Source: a virus
Taxonomy: Duplodnaviria; Caudoviricetes
IMG/VR virus record: IMGVR_UViG_3300019877_000005
Coordinates: 1-37,879 of that record
Strand: one strand, 5' to 3'
Length of the DNA stretch: 37,879 nucleotides
Below, in pieces: positions 35,738 through 37,879 of this stretch (its first letter is position 1; each line of letters starts with the position of its first letter). The notes beneath the pieces are model-generated. The model had not been told where the DNA came from. It made no database searches and saw nothing but the letters and a program-made list of their open reading frames with translations. Both the position numbers and the translations under genes were made by a program.

Positions 35738-36226
35738 GTGGATGAATTGCAAGAACTTGAACAACTTCTAAAAGAATTGTTACAGGGGATTCAACAAGTT
35801 ATCCAGTCTGGTGAGGAATTGTCAGATGAATTTCAAAGTCAATTAGCTAAAACATTAGGGATTTTAGTTGAGAGGATCGACCAGTTACAAGATGAAAACC
35901 CTGTTGAAGGATTGCATCCACAACAACCAGAATTGCAGCCAGGCCCATTTCCTTCAAGCAATGTAAATTCTTTCAAGTATGACCCAAAAAGTCAAAGACT
36001 TTTTGTTAAGTTCCATGGAAAAGATTCGGCAGAAGCAGGCCCAATATATAGTTATGAAAAAGTGCCAGAACATATTTTTGATATTTTCAGACGTGGAGCT
36101 GTTGCCCCAAAAACATCTGGAAAAAATCAATATCATCAATGGTTTGAAGGTGTTACACCTTCTCTAGGAGCTTCAATGAATGCACTCATTAAAGCTGGTG
36201 GATATCCCTTTAAAAAATTGAGATAA
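35738..36226 (+). CDS. KTSC-domain protein with N-terminal helical extension
   Basis: SSNVNSFKYDPKSQRLFVKFH...YSYEKVPEHIF. Confidence 0.75.
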   Translation: MDELQELEQLLKELLQGIQQVIQSGEELSDEFQSQLAKTLGILVERIDQLQDENPVEGLHPQQPELQPGPFPSSNVNSFKYDPKSQRLFVKFHGKDSAEAGPIYSYEKVPEHIFDIFRRGAVAPKTSGKNQYHQWFEGVTPSLGASMNALIKAGGYPFKKLR

Positions 36227-36269
36227 TTCGATATAATCCTGTTAAGAATATTAGTTCTTACAGGATATC

Positions 36270-36899
36270 ATGAAAAAAAACGAAGTTTTCATATCAAAAA
36301 GATTTAACAATCTAGTCGTAATTGAACGATTAGGAATGGAAAAAGAATATCGTAAATTTTGGATATGTCAATGTGATTGTGGAAATAAAAAAATTGCTCG
36401 AATTGATGCCCTTAAGGATGGAACCACAAAGGATTGTGGATGTAAAAGAACCATCAATATGCAGATAAAAATATTTAATAGAAAGTATACAAAAAAAATC
36501 GATGGATGCTGGCAATGGAAAGGATTTTGTACAAGTTCAGGACATGGTCAATTAGGAAAAAAAGGCGCACATAGATTTTCATATGAATTATTTAAAGGAG
36601 AAATAGGCAAAGGTTTATTTGTTTGTCATTCCTGTGATAATCCTGGATGTGTAAATCCCGATCATCTTTTTTTAGGAACGCCTAAGGATAATATGCACGA
36701 TATGATAAAAAAAGGACGTGATCGAAAAGCAAAAGGAGAAACTTCAGGAACCTCTAAATTGAAGGAAAATGAAGTTCTTGAAATAAGAAGATTATCCTTT
36801 GAAGGTAAAAGTTACAAAGAGCTTTCTGAAAAGTTTAAAATTTCCAGGGTAACAATAGGTCAAATTATCCGAGGTGAACGCTGGAAACATTTAATATAA
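36270..36899 (+). CDS. HNH endonuclease with C-terminal HTH
   Basis: WICQCDCG; CWQWKG; AHRFSY; [19 protein letters not shown]. Confidence 0.9.
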   Translation: MKKNEVFISKRFNNLVVIERLGMEKEYRKFWICQCDCGNKKIARIDALKDGTTKDCGCKRTINMQIKIFNRKYTKKIDGCWQWKGFCTSSGHGQLGKKGAHRFSYELFKGEIGKGLFVCHSCDNPGCVNPDHLFLGTPKDNMHDMIKKGRDRKAKGETSGTSKLKENEVLEIRRLSFEGKSYKELSEKFKISRVTIGQIIRGERWKHLI

Positions 36900-36905
36900 A
36901 TTAAT

Positions 36906-37049
36906 TCAATGACATTTAAATAGATGAATCATAATCCATGAAAAAGTCATGATTGGATATAGTATTATATTAGACAGTATTTCTTTACTGTTAATTGCCA
37001 CACAAGCTAAAGCAGAGAAACATATGAATTTCTGAAACCAATTACGCAT
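36906..37049 (-). CDS. Small membrane protein (47 aa, MRNWFQKF...)
   Basis: AAGGAG RBS before ATG 37049; hydrophobic. Confidence 0.55.
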   Translation of the reverse strand: MRNWFQKFICFSALACVAINSKEILSNIILYPIMTFSWIMIHLFKCH

Positions 37050-37059
37050 AAAAATCTCC

Positions 37060-37269
37060 TTATTTTTTATTTCTTTCTTCAATAGCACAAAGTCTACCAT
37101 GAAAGTCTTTAATTTCTTCTTTGATAGCTTCATGAAAAGCAATTATTAAATTTCGATTAGATTCTAATTTAGCATCCATATGTCTCATATCTGATCTGTT
37201 CTCGGTTCTATTCCAGATGAATAAACCCACGAATGTTATAAACATCACAGAAAATTGTCCCCAGTCCAT
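37060..37269 (-). CDS. Single-TM plus coiled-coil protein (MDWGQ...)
   Basis: Hydrophobic N-terminus; ...EIKDFHGRLCAIEE. Confidence 0.75.
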   Translation of the reverse strand: MDWGQFSVMFITFVGLFIWNRTENRSDMRHMDAKLESNRNLIIAFHEAIKEEIKDFHGRLCAIEERNKK

Positions 37270-37270
37270 A

Positions 37271-37363
37271 TTAATCTTTCCTTTTTTTTCTGACCCATAT
37301 CATCGCCCATAATAATATAGTCAAGTTTGCACCAACTATTGTTGCTACTTGATACCATTCCAT
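37271..37363 (-). CDS. Single-TM peptide (30 aa, MEWYQVATIVGANLTILLW...)
   Basis: Hand translation; AAGGA RBS; N-terminus similar to that of 18897-19112. Confidence 0.6.
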   Translation of the reverse strand: MEWYQVATIVGANLTILLWAMIWVRKKRKD

Positions 37364-37420
37364 ATTCATCCTTTTCCATAAATATAACACAAAAAGGAAT
37401 GTCTGTTAAGTCCGAATCTT

Positions 37421-37636
37421 TTATTTAATTAATTTAGAAGATTTTTTTTCTAATTCTAGTATTAAAGTTATATGGATTTTTCCGATGGTTTTCTTTGATA
37501 TTCGATATGGACTTTTCTTGCAATTACCTATACGAATAGCCGCAATGAATCCCATGCGTATAGCTTTCCTAATGGTATTTTCATGCACTGCAAATATGAC
37601 GGCAGTTTCCTTAATACTATAAAATTCTGGTTCCAT
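37421..37636 (-). CDS. Excisionase/MerR-like HTH DNA-binding protein (71 aa)
   Basis: FYSIKETAVIFAVHENTIRKAIRMGFIAAIRIG...YRI. Confidence 0.8.
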   Translation of the reverse strand: MEPEFYSIKETAVIFAVHENTIRKAIRMGFIAAIRIGNCKKSPYRISKKTIGKIHITLILELEKKSSKLIK

Positions 37637-37694
37637 AAATACTTGTTTAACTTTGTCAAACCATAAACTTCCAACTTTAATATTGTCAATGCAA

Positions 37695-37708
37695 TATGAA
37701 GCTTCATA
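37695..37708. promoter_or_regulatory. 14-bp perfect palindrome TATGAAGCTTCATA (candidate operator)
   Basis: Lies in the divergent gap, just upstream of the fibre-gene RBS. Confidence 0.45.
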
Positions 37709-37722
37709 ACAAGAGGTTTTAT

Positions 37723-37879
37723 ATGCCCCAGCCGTTTGGTTCTTTCCCATTTGACGCCGCCGGCGTTGATAACTTTGCTCACCCACAAACGTTAGGGCCA
37801 AACCTAAGGCCTCCAACAACTAATGATATCCAAAATCCAGGAACTCAGTGGCTAGATAGTAGTGTTTCCCCTCCTATTA
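37723..37879 (+). CDS. N-terminal 52 codons of the tail fibre gene continued at 134
   Basis: MPQPFGSFPFDAAGVDNFAHPQ...SPPI is in frame with ATG 134 via the repeat. Confidence 0.85.
   Translation, partial: MPQPFGSFPFDAAGVDNFAHPQTLGPNLRPPTTNDIQNPGTQWLDSSVSPPI
37754..37879. repeat. Terminal direct repeat, right copy
   Basis: Identical to 9-134. Confidence 0.95.

Noticed and set aside
19267-36899. Alternative genetic code or introns/inteins in core genes
   Set aside because: TerL, portal, capsid and tail genes are uninterrupted and of normal size under the standard code; all three stop codons are used
37421-37819. Tracked 132-aa version of the excisionase-like ORF
   Set aside because: The extension overlaps the fibre gene start; the domain begins at ATG 37636
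37754-37879. Terminal repeat as a biological direct terminal repeat
   Set aside because: It falls inside a coding sequence and its length is typical of assembler overlap; it shows circularity, not virion ends

Overview
This window is an apparently complete, AT-rich, circularly permuted podovirus-type dsDNA phage genome. Bases 9-134 are repeated exactly at 37754-37879, giving a unit length of about 37,745 bp, and the first tail-fibre gene runs across that junction (ATG at 37723). Modules in order: tail fibre/receptor cluster with three C1q-like domains (37723->8237); small late and moron genes; a leftward early operon (Bet recombinase, YqaJ exonuclease, XRE-HTH, small ORFs); a rightward Cro-like/replication-initiator/RusA-like operon; terS-terL-portal-scaffold-major capsid (N4-gp56-like); tail tube and ejection proteins; and a leftward excisionase-like HTH followed by small membrane proteins. 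There are four intact free-standing HNH endonuclease genes and one relic. I could not recognise an integrase, CI-type repressor, DNA polymerase, helicase, endolysin or holin. The most notable non-coding signals are a XerCD dif-like site where attP would normally lie (10472-10499), a capsid 5' leader with three TCGC-loop hairpins and an alternative 15/16-bp helix that buries the capsid Shine-Dalgarno (25266-25378), a tRNA-shaped ncRNA (23331-23410), a 3' tRNA half (20936-20974), and RBS-sequestering hairpins on the HNH genes. An environmental-Chlamydiae-like host is a hypothesis only. All protein family calls come from motif recognition by eye, not database searches.
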